A stretch of DNA of 64,000 nt, from the sequence record CP071152.1. One strand, given 5' to 3'. Positions 49,591-58,917 of the stretch are shown here, piece after piece; the first letter of the stretch is position 1; the number at the start of each line of letters is the position of its first letter. The notes beneath the pieces were generated by a model, which was given only the letters and a program-made list of their open reading frames with translations, did not search any database and was not told the origin of the DNA. Source of the DNA: a plasmid. Position numbers and translations under genes: made by a program.

Positions 49591-51642
49591 TTATCGCCGC
49601 AGTTGAATGGCCTTGCTCTCTTTGGCCATTTTGGCTCTATCAAGCGGGCCGAGCAGGCGGGACTTCAACATGGTGCCATTGAGCGCCTTCACCGCTGCCG
49701 CATTCTCCTCTAACGTAGCCAGAGCGATAAACTCTTCGATGAGTGACCCATGCTCATGAGCCCACGTTTTGTAATCATGAATGCTTTTTTCCGTGGGAAG
49801 GGAGAGCAGGATCTCCCTTAATCGACAGTTGGTGGGTGGAGCTGACTTGCCTACCGTCCAGGCCTTTGCTGTCAATTGGTTGAAGATCTCCTTCTCACTG
49901 CCAACCAAAACTGCCCCAAAGAGCTCACCCAGCCTTTGGCGACGACCTGCCACAATCGTGCGCAACAACCTGATGGCTGCCAATTCATCACGTTCATTCA
50001 GCTCCGCGATCAGCTCGCCGGATTTATGGATTGTGGTTGCATACTGCTTACTCATGCGCTCTACGAATAAGGCATCACTTTGACGTAAGCCTTTCCAGCT
50101 GATGGACTTGAGTAGGTCACTGATGGTCGAAGCCAGTACCTTGCTGCTGCTGTTATAATCCAGCACATCAGCCGATAGCTGCTTTACCCGCTGATGGCGA
50201 GACTCGCTATGTGAAATGCGGTGACTCACGATCTCGATGATGGCGCGGGACTTCGGTAATGTGAACAAGAGCGAGTTTTGGGAGTCGATGCGTACACGAG
50301 CCCCATCTTGCATGACGTTGATTTTCAACACATCACGTTCAATCAGCTCCAACAAAGCGCAATGGACCATCTTCCGATGGCTGCTCTGGTACACCTGACC
50401 TGGATCCAAGGGATGCACCTGTTCGAGAATTTCCCTGACTGTGTAGCGCCGGTTAACCATCACCCAGCCTGTCTGGCTGTCAAACTGCCGCGTGCTAAGC
50501 GTTGGTATCCAAAGGGCCAACTGGAGACTAAATTGGTGGTCCAGCGACAGGATTGATGAGCTATTGATTGGGATCAACCTGCACGTTTCCCGGTACATGG
50601 TTTTCATCGCCGGGTCAGGACGGAGGAGGATATAGCCAGTATTTAGGAGCTCTATGTGAGAAACCAGGCCTGCAATGAGCACATTGCCCTTGAGTCCTCC
50701 CTTTGAGTTCGGATTTTCCGCATCACTGAGCTCGTCATAAAAAGTAAGAGCGACAGATCTCAAACGCGAACAGGTGGCAACGATTTTCTTCGATTCAATC
50801 AAGTCCCTAATATATGCGTCAGCCTCCCTTTTACCCATATTCTCCAGCACTGCTTCGTAAAACATCTCAGGCGTAATTTCCATGGGATGTGACACGGCCT
50901 GGTCATACTCAGCCGATGTCAGATTTCCCAGGATCGAGACCATGCACAGGTACGTCCGCGCATCGAAATCTGTATCGAGGATTGGCCCCGTCAACGTCAT
51001 TGCCCGCGCATTACGCATCACGCCAGGCGCTAAAGGATGGACCACATCACTCTCATGCACGGGTCGATGTTGATTTCCCTTGTTTATCAGTGATTTTGGC
51101 ATTGTCCTAAACAGCCCTGCACTCAGCACCAAGGGATTATGATTGCTGAGCTGACGAGGCAGAGGGCCTTTCTGGTCAACGCCATCAAGTGCAAAACCAA
51201 CGACATGTTTGCTTTTGGGATGGCGGCCAGTAGGGGAGGTAGAGACATCATTCACCCGCTCAGTGCCGGACGGTTCCAGTAGCTCAATGTCCCCCGTCGA
51301 CTGGGACGGTAGAGGCGGTTTAGGTGTCGCAGTAGTTTGTGAAGGTGGTGCATCTGGTGAATCGTTTTCACTTTGGAGTGCTCTAAACCACTGACCACCA
51401 GAAAAAAGGGGGGCGTATAGCCTCACGGCCTCATCGGGCGAACTGCCTGCCGACACACGCTCCAAAATCCGACCGATCTTGGTGTGATCAACCAGACTCA
51501 TGAAGTGCGAGACCAGCTTTTCATCCTCAGAACCGAATAGGCTGACCTCAAACTGGGCTATCGCCCTGGCTACATCATGCTCAAGTGTGTCTGACACATT
51601 AACTCCATTGCCGAAAAGCTGTGCGTTACCTGTTGATAACAT
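49591..51642 (-). CDS. large hypothetical protein downstream of a 21-bp iteron array (Rep candidate?)
   Basis: Roughly 680-700-aa ORF with no motif I can name. An ATG at 51711 would overlap the repeats, so an internal start at about 51642 is preferred. Confidence 0.35.
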   Translation of the reverse strand: MLSTGNAQLFGNGVNVSDTLEHDVARAIAQFEVSLFGSEDEKLVSHFMSLVDHTKIGRILERVSAGSSPDEAVRLYAPLFSGGQWFRALQSENDSPDAPPSQTTATPKPPLPSQSTGDIELLEPSGTERVNDVSTSPTGRHPKSKHVVGFALDGVDQKGPLPRQLSNHNPLVLSAGLFRTMPKSLINKGNQHRPVHESDVVHPLAPGVMRNARAMTLTGPILDTDFDARTYLCMVSILGNLTSAEYDQAVSHPMEITPEMFYEAVLENMGKREADAYIRDLIESKKIVATCSRLRSVALTFYDELSDAENPNSKGGLKGNVLIAGLVSHIELLNTGYILLRPDPAMKTMYRETCRLIPINSSSILSLDHQFSLQLALWIPTLSTRQFDSQTGWVMVNRRYTVREILEQVHPLDPGQVYQSSHRKMVHCALLELIERDVLKINVMQDGARVRIDSQNSLLFTLPKSRAIIEIVSHRISHSESRHQRVKQLSADVLDYNSSSKVLASTISDLLKSISWKGLRQSDALFVERMSKQYATTIHKSGELIAELNERDELAAIRLLRTIVAGRRQRLGELFGAVLVGSEKEIFNQLTAKAWTVGKSAPPTNCRLREILLSLPTEKSIHDYKTWAHEHGSLIEEFIALATLEENAAAVKALNGTMLKSRLLGPLDRAKMAKESKAIQLRR

Positions 51643-51668
51643 GTAGATAAGCTGTGTTTTAGGGGCTG

Positions 51669-51793
51669 AGGTATAAGAACTATTTTGACAAGGTATACCA
51701 TCGAAAAGCAAAGGTATAGCATCGAAAAACGAAGGTATAACATCGAAATGTGAAGGTATAACATCGAAATGTGAAGGTATACCATTTATTTGT
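51669..51793. repeat. about 5.5 tandem copies of a 21-bp repeat (GAAGGTATAACATCGAAATGT)
   Basis: Read directly from the sequence. Two copies are identical and the others degenerate. Confidence 0.85.
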
Positions 51794-52768
51794 CAATTTT
51801 AACGCTTATGAATCAATGACTTACCGTTCCTATCTTTATCTTGATCTGTATCTTGATCCAATGAAAAGAGATCTAAAGAACAAGAAGAGAGATCAAATAA
51901 TTAATGACTTAATAGTAGTAGTAAGGCGATCCTATCTATCTGATATTCTGGGAGATACACACATCGCGTTAACATTCATGGTGCAAGTGACTGAGAGCGC
52001 ATCAGACGCAGCTGGGCAACTCCTGCCATTTACCCTCCCCATGGTATTCACCCACCCTCAGAACGGCCCCAGTGAGGCGCACAGGAGGTCTCCGACTGTG
52101 GATCAAAAGTGGATCCACAGGATCGCAGGGATCCATTGTGAGTCGGCCATGACATTTGGAGACGTATACGATAGGCGAGGAGGCAGGAAGTGATAGAGCG
52201 ACACAATGAGCGGTGAGCCGGACGCCCCCTGGTAGCAATGGATTCCAACTTCACAGGGTCGAACGCAAGCACGTTCTAGCTGTGACTCTATATTCTCCAC
52301 GGAGGACATTGATATGACCGGGCATCAGCACGAAGCCATCGCCATCCCTCAGTGCCAAAATCTCGCTTTCCGCAAAGGACGATGTGAGACCTTAATGGTC
52401 TGGCCAGTTGCCCTGCATCAGAGCTTGCTGGTAGAGGTTTGTTCGAGGACTTGCAGAAGGATCAGCATAACAGGCCATGCCAGTTCTATACATCAGTAGA
52501 AACGGCCTGCACGGGGCGTTAAATTAACAAAAGTCGTACCAATTTACATATATTTAACGCAGTTCACTCGAAATGTCTCGACAGCAGGGGCATAGCTTGC
52601 AAAAATGAATTATTAAAAATTGTCCTCAAGGGACAAGAAGGAGCGATTATCAAAGGGTTTGAGCCTGGCCACGGCCAGAAGTCGGCACCACCACAACGAT
52701 AGATAGCGTTCAAGCGGCGTAAGCCAAATGATGTGTAAACTGTGCAATTAAACGAAATGAGGTTCCTT

Positions 52769-53152
52769 ATGGGCGAAGATATGGTTGAACTGACGGCAGC
52801 AGACATCCGTCAGTATTTGACTGCCCCCATCAGAACTGGACAAGACCTGGTACGTGTCCGTTCGATGCTCGGGCTATCACGCGAAGTGTTTGCAATGACC
52901 ATTGGCAAGAGCACCAAGACCGTAGCCAAGGCAGAAGAAGCCAGCGTGCTTCCTACCGACATAGCTCTTTTGGCACGCGGGCAAATGGTCACCCACATCA
53001 GCAACGTAGCAGCAGACTACATGGAAGAGCTGGATTTGAATGCCGACTCTATGCTGGTGATGGCGCAGTTATTCAGCGAACGCCTGCTGGGCGGCCAGAA
53101 GGTGATCTCTGAACACGAGTTTGCCACATTGAAAGAGCTGAGCGAAAAGTAA
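52769..53152 (+). CDS. XRE-family HTH protein (paralog of 44041..44379)
   Basis: RBS gaggt before the ATG. ...GLSREVFAMTIGKSTKTVAKAEE. Confidence 0.5.
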   Translation: MGEDMVELTAADIRQYLTAPIRTGQDLVRVRSMLGLSREVFAMTIGKSTKTVAKAEEASVLPTDIALLARGQMVTHISNVAADYMEELDLNADSMLVMAQLFSERLLGGQKVISEHEFATLKELSEK

Positions 53153-53179
53153 CAGACTGTCACAGTGAACTACTCGCAG

Positions 53180-54589
53180 CTAAAGCAGCGAGCTTCCAAG
53201 AGCGCAACCAGCAGTCGCACCCTTTTCTTTTTTGACGCTTCGCTGGGAGCTGCTGACTGAGCTTTTGACCCTGCCAGCCTTACGTTTCCCTCCACGCCCA
53301 ATATCGGCGGCGGCTGTTAACACATCCGCTGCTGATAACTCCGTTCCAGAGTCCAAAATTAACGTAATAGCCCGCTTTTTTATTACCAGAGATGCGTTGT
53401 GATCTGCATTGTCAGTATTGCCGCACTTGCCGCACACAAAAAGACTCTGTGATATGCGGTTAGCGGGGTGAATGTAGCCGCACACGGCACATTCCTGACT
53501 GGTGTAAGAAGCGGATATTTTAAAAAACGCCTTTCCTGCTTGGTAGGCTTTGTACTTGGTGAAACTTTCTAGCATGTGCCAACCGGAATGCAAAATGGCT
53601 TTATTTAGCCCTGCCTTTTGTTTGGCTTTATTCGGCAAGAAATGCCCTGCTTCATCTTGCTTGGCATTTGGCCGCCGCGTCATTTGCGCAGTGCGTAGTG
53701 CCTCAAACACGAAAACCTTGGCATGGCTATTAACCAACGCCCTGCTTGTTTGATGATTAAAATCGCGGCGGACATTGCCTTTTTTACCATGATAACCAGA
53801 GATCCGGCGCTTGGTTTTGGTGCGGCGGTTAGAACCCTTCTGCTGTCTTGCCAGCTTACGCTGGAGTCGCTGGAGGTAGCGGTCGGCCTTGCTCAGGTGG
53901 TGCTTCTGGTTGGCAGAAAAGTCGAAACTCTGCTCGCCTGCCTGTGCTGGAATGGCGACGCCACGGTCGATCCCGATGGTGTATTGTTCCAGAAACTCAC
54001 GAGGAGCCCCCTGTAGAAAAGCCAAATGCTCGGCGTTGCTGGACAACGATGTTTCGTTCACGCCGTTTTCATAGCAGAAAGACACATAATATTGGCCGCG
54101 CTCTTTTCTGACATAGAGCGAATTAGGTATCTCGAATTCACGGTGCGTCTTGAATGAAAGGTAGCCAATATTATTGGTCTTGGTGCCGATGAATAGCCTG
54201 ATATTACCGTCCTGGCAATGTTCGAAATTGAATAGTTCGCGAGTGAGATAAACCGAGCCTTTGTCAGTCTTTGCTTTGCGCCTAGGTCGCCCGCACAATC
54301 CTTTCATGAACTTCTGATAGGTCTGATACCAGTTAACCGCGCTATTACGCAGAATTTGACTGGGGCAGTCTGATAACCATGGCGTTAATTCTTGAGATTT
54401 AAATTGGGCGGCTTTTTGGTCAATCGGTGGATAAGTGCCAATGGCGCAATATTTACGGGCATAGGTGCGGTGGTATTTTTCCTCGTCCACCTTTCCATTC
54501 CAGATCACGCGAGCGCAGCCCATCCACTGACTCAGTGTTTGCTTTTGAGCTTCGTTCGGATTAGCGCGGAGCTTGATGCCAGTGAGCAT
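53180..54589 (-). CDS. tnpB: TnpB (IS605 OrfB-family RNA-guided-nuclease-like), apparently intact
   Basis: 469 aa. N-terminus MLTGIKLRANPNEAQKQ..CARVIWN. RuvC-I IGIDRG. Zinc finger CAVCGY...CGKCG. RuvC-III NADHNASLVI. Confidence 0.75.
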   Translation of the reverse strand: MLTGIKLRANPNEAQKQTLSQWMGCARVIWNGKVDEEKYHRTYARKYCAIGTYPPIDQKAAQFKSQELTPWLSDCPSQILRNSAVNWYQTYQKFMKGLCGRPRRKAKTDKGSVYLTRELFNFEHCQDGNIRLFIGTKTNNIGYLSFKTHREFEIPNSLYVRKERGQYYVSFCYENGVNETSLSSNAEHLAFLQGAPREFLEQYTIGIDRGVAIPAQAGEQSFDFSANQKHHLSKADRYLQRLQRKLARQQKGSNRRTKTKRRISGYHGKKGNVRRDFNHQTSRALVNSHAKVFVFEALRTAQMTRRPNAKQDEAGHFLPNKAKQKAGLNKAILHSGWHMLESFTKYKAYQAGKAFFKISASYTSQECAVCGYIHPANRISQSLFVCGKCGNTDNADHNASLVIKKRAITLILDSGTELSAADVLTAAADIGRGGKRKAGRVKSSVSSSQRSVKKEKGATAGCALGSSLL

Positions 54590-54891
54590 TATCTGACCGC
54601 TTTCTTAATTGCCAACTGCGCGACACCAGCTGCGAGAATTTCACGCGCTCGGGTGATGGATGCCATATCCTCCGCGCTGGCTAACTCATCTGTGTACCCC
54701 CAAAAATGGGCAGCTGCATTCATCTCTACTCGGCGCACCTTCCCCGGCTGTAACTGGGGGAGTTTTTGTCTGCATAGGTGCCCTGATTCTCTTGACTCGC
54801 AGAGGTAATAATCGGCTTTTTGAACCTTGCTTCTGCGCAAGGTCACTGTGCATCCACATCCGCCGGAGCATGAGATGATTACTTTGTCCAT
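54589..54891 (-). CDS. 100-aa Cys-rich protein translationally coupled to tnpB
   Basis: Stop and start overlap (TAATG) with tnpB. MDKVIISCSGGCGCT...C...C. Divergent from tnpA, with a 78-bp spacer. Confidence 0.4.
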   Translation of the reverse strand: MDKVIISCSGGCGCTVTLRRSKVQKADYYLCESRESGHLCRQKLPQLQPGKVRRVEMNAAAHFWGYTDELASAEDMASITRAREILAAGVAQLAIKKAVR

Positions 54892-54969
54892 ATTGTGTCT
54901 CGCCAGTTGTCGTCATTGGTAAATGTTAGTACCATTCACGCACCATTGTCAATCTAGTATGAGGTTATA

Positions 54970-55434
54970 ATGTACGACTGGCGCACTGGCAGAAGCTGTG
55001 TTTTTAAAAATCATGCACACCTAGTCTTTGTCACGAAATATCGGCGAGAAGTATTTACGACAGAGATGCTGGAGCGAACAAAATCCATCATAGCGGAGAC
55101 GTGTGAACAGATGGATTGCGAGCTATTGGAGTTTAGCGGAGAGCATAACCATATCCATTTGATGGTGGCGATCCACCCCAAGGTTTCAGTCTCTAATCTG
55201 GTTGGCAAGCTAAAAGGAAAGTCCTCGTACATGCTGCGTCGAGAGTTCTGGGGCCAGATAAAGACGATGCTATGGGGCAACCATTTTTGGTCTCCCAGTT
55301 ATTGCGTTGTGTCGTGCGGAGGCGCTACGTTGGAGGTGATAAAGCAGTACATCAAGGAGCAAAACGCCCCGCCGAGCGAACAGGCCGTGCAGCGGTCTAA
55401 GGCATTGACCAAAACCAATTTACCTCCCGCTTGA
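54970..55434 (+). CDS. tnpA: IS200-like Y1 transposase TnpA
   Basis: ...HAHLVFV... and HIHLMV HuH motifs, with a downstream Y. Confidence 0.7.
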   Translation: MYDWRTGRSCVFKNHAHLVFVTKYRREVFTTEMLERTKSIIAETCEQMDCELLEFSGEHNHIHLMVAIHPKVSVSNLVGKLKGKSSYMLRREFWGQIKTMLWGNHFWSPSYCVVSCGGATLEVIKQYIKEQNAPPSEQAVQRSKALTKTNLPPA

Positions 55435-55487
55435 CCCGCCCCTAAAGGAGTGGGATTGCGCGGGCGTTTCGTTCAACGTGTTTCCAA

Positions 55488-55515
55488 AAGAGCGCCTCCA
55501 AGGCGCTTTTTTCAT
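55488..55515 (+). terminator. rho-independent terminator
   Basis: AGCGCC-tccaag-GGCGCT stem, then T6. Confidence 0.5.
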
Positions 55516-55541
55516 GGCAATTTTTTTTGAAAATCGTTGCG

Positions 55542-55561
55542 AACTATCCCAAACGGATATA
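55542..55561. promoter_or_regulatory. operator box AACTATCC-CAAAC-GGATATA
   Basis: 30 nt upstream of gene 55590. Confidence 0.55.
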
Positions 55562-55589
55562 TTCTATCTCTCAAAGGTAGGAGGCAGCC

Positions 55590-56243
55590 ATGAAGACAAA
55601 CTCCAAGGACACGCTCTGTGACGCGATTCGCGCCATCAAAGCTCAGCTGGTAAAGACCCCAGAAGATGAAGCGCGTTTTCGCGCTGAGGCAAACTTCTTT
55701 GTTCGCCAAGCTCTGGAGAACACCGGGTTTGTACGCACGAAATTGAGTCATTGCGTCGACCTGTTCAAATCCGTTTTCAGCTCAGGGCTCTCCTGGGATC
55801 CACGGGCACACCATGTCAGCCTGATCCTTGCCGAAGACATGAGCCTGACCGTCTACGTCCACTATCACGGCCAAATCAAGATGGCCTCCCACATGGGGGT
55901 CATTGAGCGGGTGACCGCTGACCTTATCTATGAAACCGACCAATTCGAATTTTGCGGAGCCGATACCCAGCCGCGCCTGAGACGCAAGATCTCGCGGGAA
56001 GGGCTAGGTGAAGCCATTGGCGGCTATTCGGTCTCGTATCTGCAAGGCGGGGCATTGCATGTCGAGCTGTTTGACATCGAGGCCCTTGAGAAGGCGGAAG
56101 CGGCGGGTGTCAGCTACGGAAACAGCGAGTTTTGGACTGGCCCCCACCGCCGTGAAATGCAACGCAAATCCATCATCAATGCCACTGCCCGGCGTTGGCT
56201 TGAACTGAGCAATTCCACCATCACGCAGAATTGTGCGAGCTAA
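55590..56243 (+). CDS. RecT/Red-beta-like single-strand annealing protein (Bet-like)
   Basis: RBS ggagg before the ATG. ...[24 protein letters not shown] resembles the Red-beta/RecT GPW..hp..MlrhKA motif. Confidence 0.45.
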   Translation: MKTNSKDTLCDAIRAIKAQLVKTPEDEARFRAEANFFVRQALENTGFVRTKLSHCVDLFKSVFSSGLSWDPRAHHVSLILAEDMSLTVYVHYHGQIKMASHMGVIERVTADLIYETDQFEFCGADTQPRLRRKISREGLGEAIGGYSVSYLQGGALHVELFDIEALEKAEAAGVSYGNSEFWTGPHRREMQRKSIINATARRWLELSNSTITQNCAS

Positions 56244-56254
56244 GGACAATAAAA

Positions 56255-56821
56255 ATGGCGTCACTGAACAAAGTCACCCTGATCGGCAACCTGGGACAAG
56301 ACCCGGAAGTGCGTTACACCACTTCGGGCGCGGCGGTCACCAACATCTCCCTTGCCACCAGTGAGAGCTGGCGAGACAAGCAGACCGGCGAGCAGAAAGA
56401 ACGCACTGAATGGCATCGCGTGGTGTTCATGGGCAAGATCGCAGAGATCGCCGGTGAATATCTGAAAAAAGGAAGCTCCGTTTACCTCGAAGGCAAGCTG
56501 CAAACCCGCAAATGGCAAGACCAAGGCGGCCAGGATCGTTACACCACCGAAATCCTGGTCGATAGCTTTAGTGGCGTGATGCAGATGCTCGGCGCTAAGC
56601 AAGGCGGTCAGGGTCAACAGCAGGGCCAGCCGCAACAGCAGCGCCCGCAACAGACTCAGGGCCAACCGCAACAGCAGCGCCCGCAACAGACTCAGAACCA
56701 GCAACGCCAACAGCAGTCGGCACCACCGGTCTATGAAGAGGGTGGTTGGGGGCAACAAGATGAGGACATCCCCTTCGCCCGGCTTGGCTTGCAGTATCCC
56801 CAGATGCTTTATTGCATGTAA
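56255..56821 (+). CDS. ssb: single-stranded DNA-binding protein
   Basis: [22 protein letters not shown]...TEWHRVV OB fold. Q/G-rich linker and acidic DEDIPF tail. Confidence 0.85.
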   Translation: MASLNKVTLIGNLGQDPEVRYTTSGAAVTNISLATSESWRDKQTGEQKERTEWHRVVFMGKIAEIAGEYLKKGSSVYLEGKLQTRKWQDQGGQDRYTTEILVDSFSGVMQMLGAKQGGQGQQQGQPQQQRPQQTQGQPQQQRPQQTQNQQRQQQSAPPVYEEGGWGQQDEDIPFARLGLQYPQMLYCM

Positions 56822-56874
56822 GCAGCACCACCTGACGCCCCGATCCTCGGGGCGTTATTTTCTTGGAGAACGCG

Positions 56875-57216
56875 ATGAAGGAACAAAGTACCGAAGTGCC
56901 GGTGTCACCCAACGTCACCCCCCCCTGTAGCCTGGTACTCAAGGACGGCCAAGAGTTCGTACCGTCCACGGAGGACTTGCAGCTATGGGCCAAGACGTAC
57001 CCAGGCATCGACGTAGAGAACCAGTTGCTACGCATGTCAGCCTGGTTACTGGCAAATCGAGCCAAACGGAAGACCGCGCGTGGGATAAGGCGGTTTGTGG
57101 TTGGATGGTTGGAGCGCAGTAGTGAGCGCAAGCCTCATACGGCCCGGCCATCAGTCTTTTCAACAGAGGGGAAACAATATCACGAGGAGAGATGCCCGAC
57201 ATGGGCGGCCCACTAG
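56875..57216 (+). CDS. hypothetical protein
   Basis: RBS ggaga before the ATG. Confidence 0.4.
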   Translation: MKEQSTEVPVSPNVTPPCSLVLKDGQEFVPSTEDLQLWAKTYPGIDVENQLLRMSAWLLANRAKRKTARGIRRFVVGWLERSSERKPHTARPSVFSTEGKQYHEERCPTWAAH

Positions 57217-57361
57217 AAGGAGCGCAACCATCTAGCGGGCCTGTCACACGCAGCACACACGCACGGCATGACAGCGGCATGGTACCGATTGTTCTGCCAA
57301 GACTCCAGCAACTCTGAACTTTGGCCTCTCATTTGGGGCCAATCTCCTTGGAGGACTTTTA

Positions 57362-57997
57362 ATGAATCCAGCCGCAAAAGCTCATCTCAATCAAGCCATG
57401 AACCTCATCGAATCCACGCGCTACCGCATGGGTGTCAGTCAATTCCTCACCGCCTTCATCGACGAATGGGCATTCCACCAAACCGGACTCTATCCCTGCA
57501 AGAACGTGATACCAGGCGACCTCGAAGAGACGGCCATTGCGCTTTCGAAGTCCCTGAGTGCGGCGATGCACGCCGACCCGGTAAGCGATGTGCTGGGGTA
57601 TGTACTCAGCGAAGCAGGCTTCCATCAAAAGGGCACCAGCTTCTACCCGACCCCCACGGACGTTTCGGACCTGCTGCAAGCGTTAATCGGGGGCGAAGAG
57701 GGGAATACCTTCTACGAGCCTTGCTGCGGGACATCAATCAACGCGATTTTGTGGATGGAAGGGATGTTGCAGAAGCACGGCCCCGATGCCTTGGCCGACT
57801 CGGAATTGACCCTTGAGGACATAGATCCACTGATGATCAAGTGTTCGATGTTGCAGCTTGTGCATTATCTGGCTTCGCGGCAGGTGACGCCCAAGGCCCT
57901 GAACGTGATCGGCGTGGATGTGATCACTCGTCGTCTGACTGGTGTGGCCTATTATGCCGAGCGCCCAGTGACGGTTCACGCAGTCATGGCAGCCTAG
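57362..57997 (+). CDS. N6-adenine methyltransferase-like protein lacking the catalytic motif IV
   Basis: RBS ggagg before the ATG. Motif X-like FYPTPTDVSDLL and motif I-like FYEPCCGTS. No (D/N)PP(Y/F) follows in 211 aa. Confidence 0.4.
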   Translation: MNPAAKAHLNQAMNLIESTRYRMGVSQFLTAFIDEWAFHQTGLYPCKNVIPGDLEETAIALSKSLSAAMHADPVSDVLGYVLSEAGFHQKGTSFYPTPTDVSDLLQALIGGEEGNTFYEPCCGTSINAILWMEGMLQKHGPDALADSELTLEDIDPLMIKCSMLQLVHYLASRQVTPKALNVIGVDVITRRLTGVAYYAERPVTVHAVMAA

Positions 57998-58127
57998 TGC
58001 CTCAAACTGGGATCGGCCCGCCAGAAGGCGGGTTCGGTCTGTGAGAAAATGGGCTATATGGACAGTGCAATAAATGCCTGTTACTGTGCTGATGGGATTG
58101 ATATAAGTGATTATTAAGGCAAGTGCA

Positions 58128-58403
58128 ATGGCCTTGCATAGCTCCCCTACGAATTGCCCATCCTGGAACTCGGAATTGCAAATTTGCTGCTGCGATGCAA
58201 CGTCATTGAGGCAGCACATCTTGGAGTCATTGGAGGACATTCGGGAGGCGCAGGGTCAACATGAGGATGCTCGTTTACGGTCCGCACGGCGGCGATTGAA
58301 ATGGCACCTCGATCTGTTTTTCAGAACGCATAAGGTCCGATTCACGCAGTTTCGGCGCGGCAAGGGCAAGGAGGGGCGCAATGGTGAGGAAGAATACAGC
58401 TGA
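58128..58403 (+). CDS. hypothetical protein
   Basis: 92-aa ORF. Confidence 0.3.
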   Translation: MALHSSPTNCPSWNSELQICCCDATSLRQHILESLEDIREAQGQHEDARLRSARRRLKWHLDLFFRTHKVRFTQFRRGKGKEGRNGEEEYS

Positions 58404-58746
58404 GGCGAAGGCTGAGGCGAGTAAACGCGACGAGGTAAAGGCGCGGATTGTGGCTGAGGCATTGGAGGCCGTCGAGAACGCGCTGCTGTCAGATCGGATA
58501 ACAACCCTCGACACCATGTTGTTCGGCACGATGAAGCTGGCGCTGAGCACGGCTGGGCCGATCAGCTTCCATCCCATCGACTGGACCCACACCTCCCCGG
58601 ACATGCGCAAACTGATCACCACCAGATTAAAGTTGTGTGGTTACAAATATTCAGGGGCCGATCAAGTTTGGCGTCAGCAGGAACCCAAACCCTTCGTCAA
58701 ATTAAAGGAGTGGGAGCGCGATTGGTTCACTGAGATGCGGGCATAA
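58381..58746 (+). CDS. hypothetical protein
   Basis: 121-aa ORF, followed by a terminator. Confidence 0.4.
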   Translation: MVRKNTAEAKAEASKRDEVKARIVAEALEAVENALLSDRITTLDTMLFGTMKLALSTAGPISFHPIDWTHTSPDMRKLITTRLKLCGYKYSGADQVWRQQEPKPFVKLKEWERDWFTEMRA

Positions 58747-58777
58747 CCCCACCAACGATTTCCATGGTCCACCTTTT

Positions 58778-58815
58778 GTCCTCACCGTAGCAATGCCGTG
58801 AGGACTTTTCTTTTG
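58778..58815 (+). terminator. rho-independent terminator
   Basis: GTCCTCAC...GTGAGGAC stem, then TTTTCTTTT. Confidence 0.55.
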
Positions 58816-58868
58816 GAGCTTCCTACTGCCTCCCTTGATGATGTCTCCGAAGGACACCGAGACAGACC

Positions 58869-58894
58869 AAAAAAAAGCCCCAATTACTTGGGGC
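58869..58894 (-). terminator. rho-independent terminator (minus strand)
   Basis: GCCCCAA-ttac-TTGGGGC stem, then T8 on the minus strand, after gene 58918..60174. Confidence 0.55.
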
Positions 58895-58917
58895 AAATCC
58901 ACCATGATTAACAGGTG

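Larger units (their letters stand above)
53160..55480. mobile_element. second, distinct IS200/IS605-family element with intact tnpB (boundaries approximate)
   Basis: Divergent tnpA (54970..55434) and a small-ORF + tnpB operon (54891..53180). Ends not mapped. Confidence 0.45.

Noticed and set aside
53550-54111. Plus-strand ORFs of 61-97 aa antisense within tnpB
   Set aside because: They are antisense to an intact, motif-complete TnpB gene.
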